Assembly: GCF_009914755.1 (NCBI RefSeq)
Contig: NC_060933.1
Direction: 5' to 3' (one strand)
DNA from: the human T2T-CHM13v2.0 reference genome, Homo sapiens
Length of the DNA stretch: 64,000 nt
A program made the translations under genes and the position numbers. Under the pieces are notes generated by a model that searched no databases, had not been told where the DNA came from, and was given only the letters and a program-made list of their open reading frames with translations. Positions 1 to 14,528 of the stretch are shown piece after piece; the first letter of the stretch is position 1; each line of letters opens with the position of its first letter.

Positions 1-136
1 TAATTTTTTTTTATTTTTAGTAGAGACGGGGTTTCACTGTGTTAGCCAGGATGGTCTCGATCTCCTGACCTCGTGATCCACCCGCCTCGGCCTCCCAAAG
101 TGCTGGGATTACAGGCATGAGCCACTGCGCCCGGCC
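1..136 (-). mobile_element. Alu left monomer, AluY-like, truncated by window edge
   Basis: gttagccaggatggtctcgatctcctgacctcgtgatcc...gccactgcgcccggcc is the reverse complement of the Alu 5' arm. Confidence 0.95.
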
Positions 137-161
137 ATGTGTTTTCATTTCACTTAGGTAA

Positions 162-554
<393 letters not shown>

Positions 555-2340
555 TGATTTCTTTTTTTAGGTCATGTCAGGAAAGATATTGATTCTTTTG
601 ATTCGTGAACATGGTTTTTGGTCGTCTTTAATTTGTCTCATCAGTGCCTCCATGTGTTTTTGATGCCTTTGAACTGGTATTTTTAAAATTTCAATTTCTA
701 ATTGTTCATTATAGAAACACAATTGGGTTTTATATATTGGCATTGTATTTTGCAACTTTCCTAAACTCACTAGTAATTCTAGTAGCTTTTTTTGGTAGAT
801 TCTTAAGGATTTTCTGTGTAAATAGTCATGTCATTTGTGAATAAAGCCATTTTTTTTTCCTTTTCAAATTTTGTGCCTTTTATTTCTTATTCTTACCATA
901 TCACATTGGCAAAGACCTCCAGTATGATATTGAATAAAAGTGGTGAGAGAAAACATTCCTGCCTTGTTCATGATTTTATGGGGAAAGAATAATTCTTTTA
1001 CCATTAGGTATGATGTTAACTGGGTTTTTCATAGATGTTTGCCATCAGTTCAATGAAGAGCCCTTCTTTTCCTAGTTTGTTTAGATTTTTGTTCATGAAT
1101 GAATGCTGAATTTTGTCATATCCTTTTTCTGTATCAAGACGATTACATGGGTTTTCTCTTAAATTTGTTTATATAGTGAATTACAACCAATTTATTTTTA
1201 ATATAATTATATAGTTGAATTTACAGCTACCATTTTACTATTTGTTTTTCTTTTAATCCACCCATTTTATACTCATCTTTCTCTCCTTGCCTTCCTTTAG
1301 TTCAAATACTTTATATTATTTTATTATTCACCATCTATTAACATGTTATACATTTGTTTGCTCCCTTGTTAGTGGCCATACTAGATTTTAATATGCATGT
1401 TAGTTTATTATAGTCTACCATAGCATTTTCCAAACAAAGCAAACATTTTCCAATAGTTTAAATACATTACTCCTTTCTGCAATTTGCATTATTGTTGTCT
1501 GCATTTTAAATTTCAAAAGACATTGCAGTTACTGTGTTTTACAATTAGTATTCATTTAGATTTACCCACTTCATTGCCCTTGATTTCTTCCTGCATTTCT
1601 ATGTTTTTATCTTGGGTCTTTTTTTTGCTAAACTTGGCATAAAGAACCCCCTTTTATATGCGTTTTAGTGCAGGTCTGCTGGTGGTAAATTCTCATTTTG
1701 TTTGAAGACATTTTTATTTTACTTTCATGTTAAAAAGATTTTCCCCCTAGGAATAGAATTCCAGATGGGCAAGTTTGCTTTCCTGCCTGTTCTTTCAGCA
1801 TTTTAAAGATGTCATTGCATTGTCTTCTGGTTTCAATCATTTCTTTTGAGAAATCAGCTGTCAGTTTCATTGTTGCTTCTTTGAAGGTAATGTTTCTTTT
1901 CCTCTGGCTGCTTAAAAAATTATTTTTATTTGTTTTTGATTTTGACTTTGACTTTGATGTACATTTTTTTGTTTGTTTTGTTTTCTGGAATTTATGCCGG
2001 TTGGAGTTAGTTGAGAGACTTGAATCTTTATGTAGATGTCTTACCAGTTTTGAAAAATTCTCTACTGTTATCTCTTCAAATACTGCTTCTGCTCTAGTCT
2101 TTCCTTCTGAGGCTCCACTTACATGTAAGTTAAACCTTTTCCTTGTGTCTCACATACTTTTATTCCCTTTTGTATGTTTTCCACTCTTTGTGTGCTTCAG
2201 TTTACTTACTAACATGTCTTCTAGCTCATTAACTTTGTCTTCTTGTTGTGTGTAATCTGCAGTCATACTTATGTATTGATTGTTTTTATTTTTTTAATGG
2301 AGTCTTTCTAGACACTGAAAAAGATTATTTCTTTTTTAAA
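555..2340 (-). mobile_element. Old L1 (L1M) ORF2 fragments, antisense
   Basis: T-rich strand asymmetry. ORF 567-770 (-) gives L1 ORF2-like peptides (PCSRIKRINI), and motifs such as gcaggtctgctggtggtaaattctc are present. Confidence 0.8.
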
Positions 2341-2367
2341 ATTGTAAACATTTTGATTTTTAAAATG

Positions 2368-2530
2368 TTTTTAAGAGATGGATTTTCACTATGTTGCCCA
2401 GGCTGGTCTTTAATCCTGGGCTCAATGAGTTAAATCCAGCTAACCATTTTTGGCTGCAGGGCTCAAGTGATCCTCCTGCTTCAGCCTCTTAAGTAGCTGG
2501 GATTGCAGGTGTGCACCACTGCACCTGGCT
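2368..2530 (-). mobile_element. FLAM/AluJ monomer with a 33-bp internal insertion
   Basis: agagatgg...atgttgcccaggctggtc...gggctcaagtgatcctcctgc...gcacctggc. Confidence 0.85.
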
Positions 2531-3322
2531 TATATTGATTCGTCAGTGTAGCTATTGTGTTTTTAACTTTAAAATTTTTATTTGATTAAAACATAATTCT
2601 CCAGTGCAATTTTTCTTCTTTTCGTCTCTTCATTTTGTCTTGTTTTCTTGGACATAAATCTCAGCAATTTTTAAAATGTCCTTGTCTAATAAAACTCTAG
2701 TTTCAGAATCACCTGTGGGTAAATTTTTATTGTATATTTTTTCCCTTTGTTTTTCAACACGTTTCTTAGAATGTCTAGTAATTTTTATTGAATGCTAGAT
2801 ACTGTGTATTAAAAACTGTTAAAGCTTCAGATGATATCTTCCTCAAGGAGAATTCAGTGTTTCTCTGTCATGCAGAGAGGGTCAAGGGTGATCAAATTAA
2901 TTCCATCAGTACTGAACTGATGTTTTCAGTTGAACCAGGGCTTTCAACTGAGAGCCTGCTGTATTTACCAAGATCCATGCTCCCAACAGGTCCTGAAAGA
3001 TATCTAAGTTTTGCGTCCTCAACACTACAAGATTGTGGAAAACTGCTTTGGTTAGTTTTTGGTTTAATCTTTTACTTCCAGCTTTGCACAGCTTCAGAAT
3101 GTCTTGGGGAGACTGACTATGTGTTTGAGGCTCCCCAAGTCTCCAGTTTTGTTACTGTAGCCCTGTACAAACATACAAAGCTCTGCTGTTTCTCTGATCC
3201 TTGGCAGTGCCCCTCTGTCTGGATAAAGCCTGGGGTCACCTCTCTGCAGGTCTCTCCTCTCCAGATTTTGGTTATTCATCCTCATTGCTTCAGCAGCTCC
3301 CTGATGCTTTTGAACACTTTTT

Positions 3323-3916
3323 AATTTTTTATTTCTTTAATAATTTTTATTTCAGTAGTTTTTGGGGTACAGGTGGTTTTTGGTTACATGGATATGTTCT
3401 CTAGTGGTGATTTCTGAGATTTTGGTGCACCTGTTACCCAAACAGTGTATACTGCACCAAATGTGTAGTCTCTTATCCCTCACCTACCTCCCACCCTGCC
3501 CCCTGAGTCCCCAAAGTTCATTATATCATTCTGGTGCTTTTGCATCTTCATATCTTAGCTCCCACTTACAAGTGAGAACATGTATTTGGTTTTCCATTCC
3601 TGAGTTACTTTATTTAGAATAATGGTCTCCAGCTCCATCCAGGTTGCTGCAAAAGACATTTCATTCCTTTTTGTGGCTGAGTAGTATTCCGTGGTGTATA
3701 TATACCACATTTTCTTTATCCACTGGTTGGTTGATGGGCACTTATGTTGGTTCCGTATCTTTGCAATTGCAAATTGTGCTACTATAAACGTGTGTGCATG
3801 TGTCTTTTTCATATGACTTCTTTTCCTTTAGGTAGATGCCCGGTGGGATTGCCGAATCAAATGGTAGTTCCACTTTTAGTTCTTCAATGAATGTCCATAC
3901 TGTTTTCCATAGTAGT
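3323..3916 (-). mobile_element. L1 3' end (L1PB-like)
   Basis: ttttggggtacaggtggtttttggttacatgg...ctgagattttggtgcacc. ORF 3555-3812 (-) gives the L1 ORF2 C-terminus (KMWYIYTTEYYSA..FAATWMELE). Confidence 0.9.
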
Positions 3917-4169
3917 TTGAACAAACATATTTTAATCCTTTTTTTTCTAGGTCTTTGCAGGAGTGTTAATCTGCCACAAACTATTCTATTCTACTTTGAG
4001 GGAGAAGTCTATTTTATTCTTAAATATGCAGATTAAAGCTTACTCAGTTTATTTCATGACACATTGACTAGTTGCAACCTGCAGTTTATGAAATGCATAA
4101 AGGATAAATGTGTGAGACAAATCCAGGAGATGGGTAGAATTATCAGATTTTAGGAAGTGTTTAGTTGTC

Positions 4170-4450
4170 AAAGGGGAAGGAGATGGTGGAATGAAGAATG
4201 CGCTGATTTTTCTGACTCAGACATCCAGGTGGATAGGCAAGCCATTTACCAAGATGGAGTGATAAAACAGGAGAAAGATCTATTTTAGAGAATTGAGATT
4301 AAGTTTACTTTTGTACACATTGAGTTTGAGATACCTATATGACATCCAAGTGGAAATTTCTGATATGCAGAAAGAATCACTTATTTGGAACCCAAGAGAG
4401 AGATGGGAGCTGGAGCTGTGACTTTGTTGCTCATTAGTAGATAGGTAGAA
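4170..4450 (-). mobile_element. L2 fragment
   Basis: tgagtttgagatacctatatgacatccaagtggaaat is the reverse complement of the L2 core. Confidence 0.7.
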
Positions 4451-4563
4451 GTTTTCACACCAATTTTGTACATTTTTTAGTTAATCACATCAATTCAGCT
4501 GACAAATGCTATTTTACTACCCATCAGGCTGGATCAAGTAAAAACAGGTACTCTGCTAGTTAG

Positions 4564-4908
<345 letters not shown>

Positions 4909-5305
4909 TAAGGAAAATAAAACATCAGTGGTTGCCATATCATCTAAAAGCTACCATTTAGTTCTAATTCTATAGAACCACTAGGAAAATTAAAGGAATG
5001 TAGACATGAGTTAGGCAAATGAGGCCGGACTAGTTCCCGAGAGGCAAATATGATCAGGTTGCTGGCACTAAACTAAATCTGCAGAGTGGTAAGTCGGCCT
5101 CATCATCCACTGGCCAGCCACACCTAGGCTTCTTTGTAGGGCATTTAGGAATCTTACATCCAGAGGAAGGCAGTATGAAGAGATGATAAGGGAACTTATG
5201 GTTGAAGAAATTAAGTGTTTGGAACCTGAGAAAACTCAGGGCATTACCCTCAAACATCTAAATGACTGTCACGTGTGGGAGATTATGAGACTTGTTTTAG
5301 CAGGC

Positions 5306-5842
5306 TGTATTGGGGTTCTCTAGAGGGACAGAACTAGTACGAGAGAGATATATATATCTCCTATTTATTAAGTATTAAGTTTATTATTTATTAAGTATTT
5401 AAGTTTATTAAGTATTAACTTTTAATTATTAACTTAATTAACTCAATTAAGTATTGAGTTTATTAAGCATTAACTCACACAATCACAAGGTCCTACAATA
5501 GGCTGTCTGCAGGCTGAGGAGCAAGGACAGTCAGTCTGAGTCCCCAAACTGAAGAACTTGGGAGTCTGATGTTCAAGGGCAGGAAGCATCCAGCACGGGA
5601 GAAAGAGGTACGCTGGGAGGCTAGGCCAGTGTAGTCTTTTCATGTTTTTCTGCCTGCTTTATATTCCAGCCACCCTGGCAGCTGATTAGATGGTGCCCAC
5701 CCAGATTAAGTGTGGGTCTGCCTTTCCTAACCCACTGTCTCAAATGTTAATATCCTTTGGCAACACCCTCACAGACACACCCAGGATCAATACTTTGTGT
5801 CTGTCAATCCAATCAAGCTGACAGTCAGTATTAACCATCACA
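5306..5842 (-). mobile_element. MLT2A-like (HERV-L) solo LTR
   Basis: TG...CA termini. Reverse strand starts tgtgatggttaatactgactgtcagcttgattggattga. Perfect 5-bp TSD caggc at 5301-5305 and 5843-5847. Confidence 0.9.
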
Positions 5843-6239
5843 CAGGCTAAGTAAGTCCAGTGAGAAGTTGGAGGTAGAGGTTGCATCTTACTCATCTTTG
5901 TGTTTCCAGCATGTAGTAGAGTCTGGAACACATCAGAGGCTCAGCAGATGCTCATAAAGTTGAATCACATTGAACTTGAGCTAACACTAAAAAGCTTTCA
6001 GAGACACTCAAAACTACCTGACAAGAGACAGGGCTGCTTATACAGTGGTTTCCTTGTTGTTGGAGTTGTTCAGACATTGGACAACCATTCATGGGATGTT
6101 GTCATAGAAGGGATTTAAGTATTGAACTAAATCCCATTGTCTTAAAAGCTTCCTTTAACCTTAGCATCTGTGATCCAGTAACAATATGGAAGATAATGGA
6201 TCAATTATTTGGGTGTTTGTTGGCCGTAATAGGGAGCAA

Positions 6240-6730
6240 TAAAATAATGATCACAGCAGCGATCATATATTGAGCACCCACTATGTGCCAGACACTATGC
6301 TGAAAAATTTATATCAAGGATTGGCAAACTTGGCCTGTGGGCCAGCCTGTGGCTTCTTTTTGTGATGTTTTATTGGAACATAGTCTTACTCACATTGTCT
6401 GTGGCTGCTTTGGTGCTACAGTGGCAGAATTGAGTAGTTTTGACAGAGACTGATGACTCTGTCATCAGTATAAAGTATTTTACTATTTGAACCTTTACAG
6501 AAAAAGTTTGCTGACCCCTGATTTAGGTAAATATAACAACTCTGCATATTATACATATTAACTCATTAATCTTTACGTTAACTCTGTAAGGTAGATGGTG
6601 TCCCTTTTTACAGAAGAGGAAGCTCAAGCTCAGGGAGGCAAAGTAATAACTCTCAAGGTCAAATAACTTATAAGTGGTTTGGATTGGAACCAGGTGTGGC
6701 AGGCTCCAAAGTCCATGTTCTTTCTTATAC
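6240..6730 (-). mobile_element. MIR split by MER58A
   Basis: tattgagcacccactatgtgccagacactatgct ... ttttacagaagaggaagctcaagctcagggagg. Confidence 0.7.
6315..6520. mobile_element. MER58A-like hAT-Charlie MITE
   Basis: Terminal inverted repeats (TIRs) caaggattggcaaact / agtttgctgacccctg; internal ttttattggaacatag. Confidence 0.85.
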
Positions 6731-9700
6731 TAGAAATAGAAGGTCTACCTCTCTCCTGAAATTGTACCATATATGAAAGCATGATTATATATGATATTTA
6801 TTAAGACATTGCCTTTTTATAGCAGCAATCTTACACAAACTGTTGAAGTATAGGAAAACTTCACCAGTTCAGACCAGATTACTGTGTATTTACTACAGTT
6901 GAGAGTTATGTGATTCTTATTTGTTAAAGTAACAAGTTCAGAGTGTTTTCCTCTGAATAAGAATAGAGTCTACTAAGAAAATAATCAAAAGACTTTCAGC
7001 TTCTAGGTTCCTCTGTAATTTCATGCATTTTGAAGAACTTTCTGTTGTTTTGTAATATAGGGCCTACAGCATTATATAATTTTAAAAAATCCTATTCTTT
7101 GCAATGATTTATAATGCAAATATTTATTAATAATTGTGAGACTAATCTCTTTACAAACTAGTGAGATTTTGTGATAGTCTTAAAAAATGATGTAATTTGT
7201 TTATCTGAATTAATTTATTTAGGTTGTCCCATAAGCTTCCTGAAAAAAAAAAATATTTTTCCAATTCTTTCCATCTTCTCCAAAGAGGATTACAGGTGTG
7301 AGCTACTGAGTCCATCCCTGATGATTTATTAATAATTATCATTGACTTTGAGATATGTATACATACATTTGAATAAAGATATATCCTGGGACCCTTCTTC
7401 AAACAAATAGTGAAGCCGCACTGAAGAGCAGATTTAGCAGAGAATAGCAGAAAGCACCGCACAAGGAGTCTGAAGACTTAGCTTCTAGTGCTGACTCCCA
7501 CTTACTATCTATAAAATCTCAGATATCTACAATCTCTTTAGTAGAGCTTACCTCTTTCTTAACCATCTATTTTCTCATCTTCATAATGAAATAATAATAA
7601 TATTTATCCTGTCAAATAAGATAGTAGGTACAATGATCTTTTAGAAACCACGAAGATAAAAATGATCAAGACATCTGGATATCAGGTGGTGGTATTAATA
7701 GTTTTGTTGTTGTGAGTTTATTTGTGTTACACAACAGATCTGGGGTGCCTGTTGCCAAGTGTGGGGGCAGAGCCAACTGCAATAAATGTGGAGTGTGCCT
7801 CTCTAGACTGTGGTACAGATACAGATGCGACTTCACTGCTCTTTTCCTAGGTAGATGGACTCTAGCTGGGGCTTTTTCTGGCTAGCCCAATACTCATCCA
7901 GCAGGCTCTACATCAGGATTTGGGGTGAACCTTGGCAGAGATTTAGCTTGTTTCTGAGTTAAAGGAACTGAAAGAAGCTGTGGGAAAGGTATGGGAGACT
8001 CTGGAAAAGGGATTGAAAAAATGAAGGTACTATGATATTAAGTCCTATGTTCATTGGTATTCCCAGAGTGTTGGGTATTGTTTTGAACTGTAAGGTGTTG
8101 TGAGGCACCTTTCTTTGGACAGTAAGTTTATTGTAAGAACTATCTTTCACAGAATTCCTGTTCATTACCATGGCAAAATCTCCTGCCCCCACTGCCACGT
8201 CTAACAGTATTTGGAGTAATCAAAGAGTAAGCAAGAGCCTGAAGGTTAATGTATTAAAATGATGTGATTCAGTGCCTTTGATGTTTGACTTTGTAATGCG
8301 GCATCTGGAGCACATACTATAAGCAGGAGGGTGAGGTGATGGCGACGGTTAACATGCAAGTGTGAACTGCTGAACCCTGAGAAGGTCTGTCTATTCTGGC
8401 ATCAGTGGAGATACAGATCCTCAGAACCCAGGCGACTTGATGATGTTGTTGGAAAAATGGTAAGAAGCTAAGGAAACTGCGAATAAAATGGATTAGACAG
8501 GAAAATGAGACTGGAACACAGAGAATCTAGGATAGTGGAGATTGGAAGGGCCTCAGAATAAGGACCTGGAAGAAAGAGCACAAGCCTGCTCTAGGAAAAC
8601 CTTGTGGCCAGGTGGTGGCTACACAGACATCTGGTTCAACCAGAAGTCAAAAGGCAGAGTATCTCGTATTCAAACAGAGGATCCAGCACCATCAACTGTT
8701 CAGAGTGCTTCTTTATCAGTCTTGGATCTTCAGATAAACTACAGCGAGAAGCCTTACCCCTATGCAGGAGGGCCTAGGGGAAGAGTTCATGCCCCTGACG
8801 GGTGAATGGTTTGAGGTATCTGGAAGGTCTGGTCTGGGCTTTAACCTGGTGCTTGCTAAAGGTGGGGTCCATACCTCAAAACTGTCATCTCTAGAAATGA
8901 GTTTGATTATAAGGGTCTGGAGGGAGGAGAGGAGCATGTTGAGGGGTGAAAGAATTCAACAGTTACTTGGATGCCGTCCTCAACCCTTGGATGATCAGCT
9001 ATTACCTGAAAGCGTTAAAGTAACAGGAGGATCACTTGACTGTCGGTGAATCTTTCCCTTAGTCCTGTACTTTTTGTGCCTTGGGAGCTGTCTGCCCCGG
9101 GACTGATGTTTGAGGAGTATGGAGACACAGAGTGGCAGGGTGAGGAGAACAAAATGTCAAAATTGGGTGTAATGCTGGTTTCTCACTTATCAGACACATG
9201 ACCCAGAGGAAGTTGCTTTATCCCTCTAATTGCTTTAGTTTCATCTATATGAAACTAATGCCTGTGAGACAGTAGTTTTGTAAAGAAGAAATTAGAATGT
9301 CTAGAAATGTCCTGTAAATGACCTGAATTAATGTATATGAGTCATAGAACTTTGCACAAAATGGATGTTTTTAAAAATGCCCTGGGAGTTGGCTTAACAT
9401 CTAAAAATAAGTTAATGTAATGCACCACTTTAAGAGAATAAGAGACAAAAAACCCTACATGATCATTTCAATAGATGTGGAAAAGAATTGACAGAGTCCA
9501 ACACCCTTCTGTAATAAAAATAATTAACAAACTAAGAATAGGAGGGAACTTCCTCAGCCTGAAAACCCAAAGTTAGGACCATACTTCACGGTGAAAGATT
9601 GGATGCTTTCACTCTATGATCAAGTACAATGCAAGGATGTCTGCTCCTGCCACTTCTCTTCAACATTGTACTAGAAGATCTAGCCAGGGCAATTAAGCTA

Positions 9701-10365
9701 GAAAAAGAAATGAAAGTCATCCATATTGGAAAGAAGAAGTGAAACTATCTCTATTTGCAGATGACATGATCTTGTATATATAAAACACTAAGGAATACAC
9801 ACATACAAAAACAAACTATTAGAACTAATAAGTTCAACAAAGTTGTGGGATATAAGGTCAATATATAAAAATGAATTTTGTTTCTATACACTAACACTGA
9901 AGAATCTGAAAATGAAATTTAAAAAACAACAATTAAGAAAGAAAAATACTTAGGAAAAAAGTGTAACACATGTACAGTGAAAACTACAAAACATCATTGA
10001 AAGAAATAAGACCTAAATGGAAAGACATCCCATGTTCATGGATTGGAAAACATAATGTTGTTAAGATGGCAGTGCTATCCAACCTGATCCAACAGATTCA
10101 ATGCAATCCCTATCACAATTTCAGCTGTGTGTTGTAGTTGTTTTTACAGAAATTGACAAGCTGATTCTAAAATTAATATGAAAATGCAAAGACCCACAAT
10201 AACCAAAACAATCTTGAAAAGGAACAAAGTTGGAGGCCTTACACTTCTCAATTTCAAAATTTACTACAAAGCTACAATAATCAAGATGGTGTGGTACTGG
10301 CATGAGGATATACATATAAGATCAAGAGAATAAAATTGAGAGTCCAAAAATAAACACATTATAAT

Positions 10366-10905
10366 TGTATTATTTTTCTAGTTCTCTCATAATAACCAGA
10401 AATTTAGTGGCTGGAGACACAGATTTATTATCTTACAGTTCTGTAGGTCAGAGGTCTATCACAAGTCCCACCAGGCCAAAATTAAGGCACTGACAGGGCT
10501 GCATTCCTTTCTGTAGACTCTGGGTAGAATACATTTTCTTGCCTTTTTCAACTTCTAGAAGCAGCCTACATTCTTTGACTCATTGTTCCCTTCCTCTATT
10601 TTCAAAGTTAAGAGAGGCAAGTCAAGTTGTTCTCACATCACATCACTCTGACTTTTTCTGTAGTCACATTCCCTCTGACTCTGAATTCTTCTGTCTCTCT
10701 GTTTCACTTTTAGTGATGCTTATGATTACATTGGGCTCATCCAGATACTGCAGGATTATTTTCCTATATTAAGGTGGGCTAAATGGCAACCTTGATTCCA
10801 TCTGCAACTTTAATTCTCCTTTGACATGTAACATATTACATCTGTAGATTCCACGAATTAGGATGTTGTGTGTGTGTAGGGGGTCACATTGTTCTGATTA
10901 TTACA
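10366..10905 (-). mobile_element. MLT1 (MaLR) solo LTR inserted in L1
   Basis: tgtat...ttaca termini; atttattatcttacagttctgtaggtcagagg. L1 resumes in register afterwards. Confidence 0.8.
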
Positions 10906-12033
10906 ATGGCCAGTTGCGTTTTGACAAAGATGCCACGACAAGTCAATAGGGAAAGAATAGTCTTTTCAATAAATGGTGCTAGAACGACTAGATATACACA
11001 TGTAAAAAAAATGAAGTTGGATTCCCTACCTCATACCACATATAAAAACTCAAAATGGATCAGGGACCTAAATGTAAGAACTAAAATGATAAAAATTCTT
11101 AGAGGAAAATGTAGGAGTAAATGTGACCTTGGGTTAGGCAATAGTTCCTTAGATATGCTACCAAAAGCACAAGCAACAAAAGAAAAAAGTTACATATTGG
11201 ACTTCACCAAAATTAAAAAGACTTTTTGCTTCAAAGGACACCATCAAGAAAGTGAAAAGACAACCTACAGAATGGGAGAAAATATTTGCGAGAACTCGTA
11301 TCCATTTGCAAAAAGACTTGTATCCAAAATATAAAAGAATTCTTAAAACTCAACAATAAGAAAACCCAATTTAAAAATGGGCAAAAGGTCTGAACAGATG
11401 CCTCACCAAAGAAGATATACAGATGGCAAATAAACATATGACAAGATGAAACATCATTTGTCATTAGAGAATTTTAAATGAAGAGATACCACTACACACC
11501 GATTAGAATGGCTAAAATACATACACACACACACACACACACCAAACAAATACCAAATGCTGACAAGAATGTGGAGAAGCAGGAACTCTCTTTCACTGCT
11601 AGCAGAAACACCAACTGTTATATCCACTTTGGAAGACAGTTTGACAGTTTCTTACAAAATTAAACATAATCTTACCATATAACCCAGTAATTAAGCTCCT
11701 AGGTCTTTACTCAATTGGTTTGAAAATTTAAGTCCACTCAAAAACCTGCATATGAATGCTTAGAGTGGCAATTAATAATTGCTAAAAATTGGAAGCAACC
11801 AAATGTCCTTCAATAGGTGAATGGATAAACAAATTGTACATTTATACAAAGGAAAATTATTCAGCAGTAAAAAGAAATGGGCTATCAAGCCATAAAAAGA
11901 CACAGAGTAAACTTAAATGTATATTTCTAAGTGAAAGAAATCAGTCTGAAAATACTACCTACTGAATGATTCCAATTATTTGACATTATGAAAAAGGCAA
12001 AACTATATAAAGACATTAAAAAGATTCGTGGTT

Positions 12034-12342
12034 GGCCCAGTGCAGTGGCTCATGCCTGTAATCCCAGCATTTAGGGAGGCTGAGGCAGGTGGATCATTTG
12101 AGGTCAGGAGTTTGAGACCAGCCTGGCCAACATGGTGAAACTCCGTCTCTACTAAAAATACAAAACTTAGCTGGGCTTGGTGGCAGACACCTGTAATTGC
12201 AGCTACTCAGGAGGCTGAGGCAGGAGAATTGCTTGAACCCATGAAGCGGAGGTTACAGTGAGCCTAGATTGTACCATTGCACTCCAGCCTGAGTAACAGA
12301 CTGAGACTCTGTCTCAAAAAAAAAAAAAAAAAAAAAAAAAAA
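12034..12342 (+). mobile_element. Alu (AluSx-like) in L1 3' UTR
   Basis: Full dimer, long poly-A, TSD aagattcgtggtt / aagatttgttgtt. Confidence 0.95.
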
Positions 12343-12509
12343 GATTTGTTGTTGCCAATGGTAGTAGGGGGGCAGGGGGAGGGTGTTGAATAGGTGATAG
12401 GTGAAGCATAGAGGATTTTTAGATGGTAAAACTATTTCCTATGATACTATAATGGTGGATGCATGACAATTGTTCACAATTGGATGGTGAATACTTGCAA
12501 GGTGAATTC

Positions 12510-12983
12510 TTTCACCGTGTTGGCAAAGCTGGTCTGGAACTCCTGACCTCAGGTGATTCACCTGCCTTTGCCTCCCAAACTGCTGGGATTATGGGCATGA
12601 GCCACTCCACCTGGCCTCCTTCTCCTTTTCCTTCTTCTCCTCCTCCTCCTCCTCCCGCTCTCCGTCCTTCTCCTACCCCTCTCCTTCCTCCTCCTCCTCT
12701 TCTTATCCTTCTCCTTCTCCTCCTCCTCCTCCTTTCTCCTCCTTCTCCTCCTCCTCCTCCTTTGAGATGGGGTCTTGCTATGTTGCCCCATGATTAGCTA
12801 TTTGACCCAATACCATTTATTGAATATTAATTTAATTTCTTCCTCCTCCTCCTCCTCCTCCTCCTCTGAGATAGGGTCTTGCTATATTGCCAAGGCAGAT
12901 CTTGCACTCCTGGGCTCAAGTGATCCTCTTGCCTCAGCCTTTCAAATAGCTGGGACTACAGGTGCATGTCACGGCACCCAGCT
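12510..12983 (-). repeat. Alu/FLAM fragments interleaved with (TCC)n pyrimidine tracts
   Basis: Alu piece 12510-12616; C/T tract 12617-12762; Alu stub to ~12790; (TCC)n 12838-12866; FLAM 12867-12983. Confidence 0.85.
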
Positions 12984-13536
12984 TATTCATTCTTGGCTCA
13001 CTTCTAACTTCATTTAGCTCATTTATCCAGTCAACATTCATTAAATTTGAACTTCATACTTGTTGCTAGGTGGTATATGGAAAAGTAAATATGTATTATC
13101 CTGCCATCAAGTTGCTTAGGGCCTTAGTGAAAAGCACACCGGGTGCCACCAAGATGCATACAAGTTTACACATAAGATTTTTTGGTGGGTCCTTTCTACA
13201 CAATTTTCACTGTAAGCCACCTGTTTCTCATAGCATATGAGAGAAAGGTCTGGCATATGACCTCTTATTCCTACTGTGAGGCACAGTAGAATTCTCGAAG
13301 ACCAGCTGTGGTGTTGAATCACTGCCTATGAGGCTGTGCACATTAGTGGGAAAAGCACTAGATTTTGGAACTCAGGCACTTGGACTCCAGACCTGGAACA
13401 CCTTGGGTAAGGCACTGCTTATTTGCAGGTTTGTTTCTGTACACGTGCAAACACACACACACCTAATTTAGGGTTCCTGATAGCTGACATCACAAATGAC
13501 ATCAGGGCTTGATGTGTAATTTGGAAAGGTGGAGAG

Positions 13537-14528
<992 letters not shown>

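Larger units (their letters stand above)
9390..12480 (+). mobile_element. L1 (L1MC-like) ORF2 and 3' UTR, interrupted by MLT1 and Alu
   Basis: A-rich sense strand with RT motifs (atgatcatttcaatagatg; ctatttgcagatgacatgatc = LFADDMI). ORF 10870-11334 contains NSKWIRDLNVR. Many stops and frameshifts. Confidence 0.92.

Noticed and set aside
5362-5475. Short repeated units that might suggest a CRISPR-like array
   Set aside because: Degenerate AT-rich tandem repeat inside an LTR with no unique spacers, in a eukaryotic context.
8250-9060. Unassigned ~0.8-kb stretch with short ORFs
   Set aside because: I could match neither a protein family nor a repeat; probably a decayed ancient repeat or neutral DNA.
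10870-11334. 154-aa ORF with L1 ORF2 similarity
   Set aside because: Fragment of a dead, interrupted L1 with frameshifts; not a functional gene.
12459-12797. Pro/Leu-rich and Arg/Glu-rich ORFs
   Set aside because: Translation of the (TCC)n low-complexity tract plus Alu sequence.
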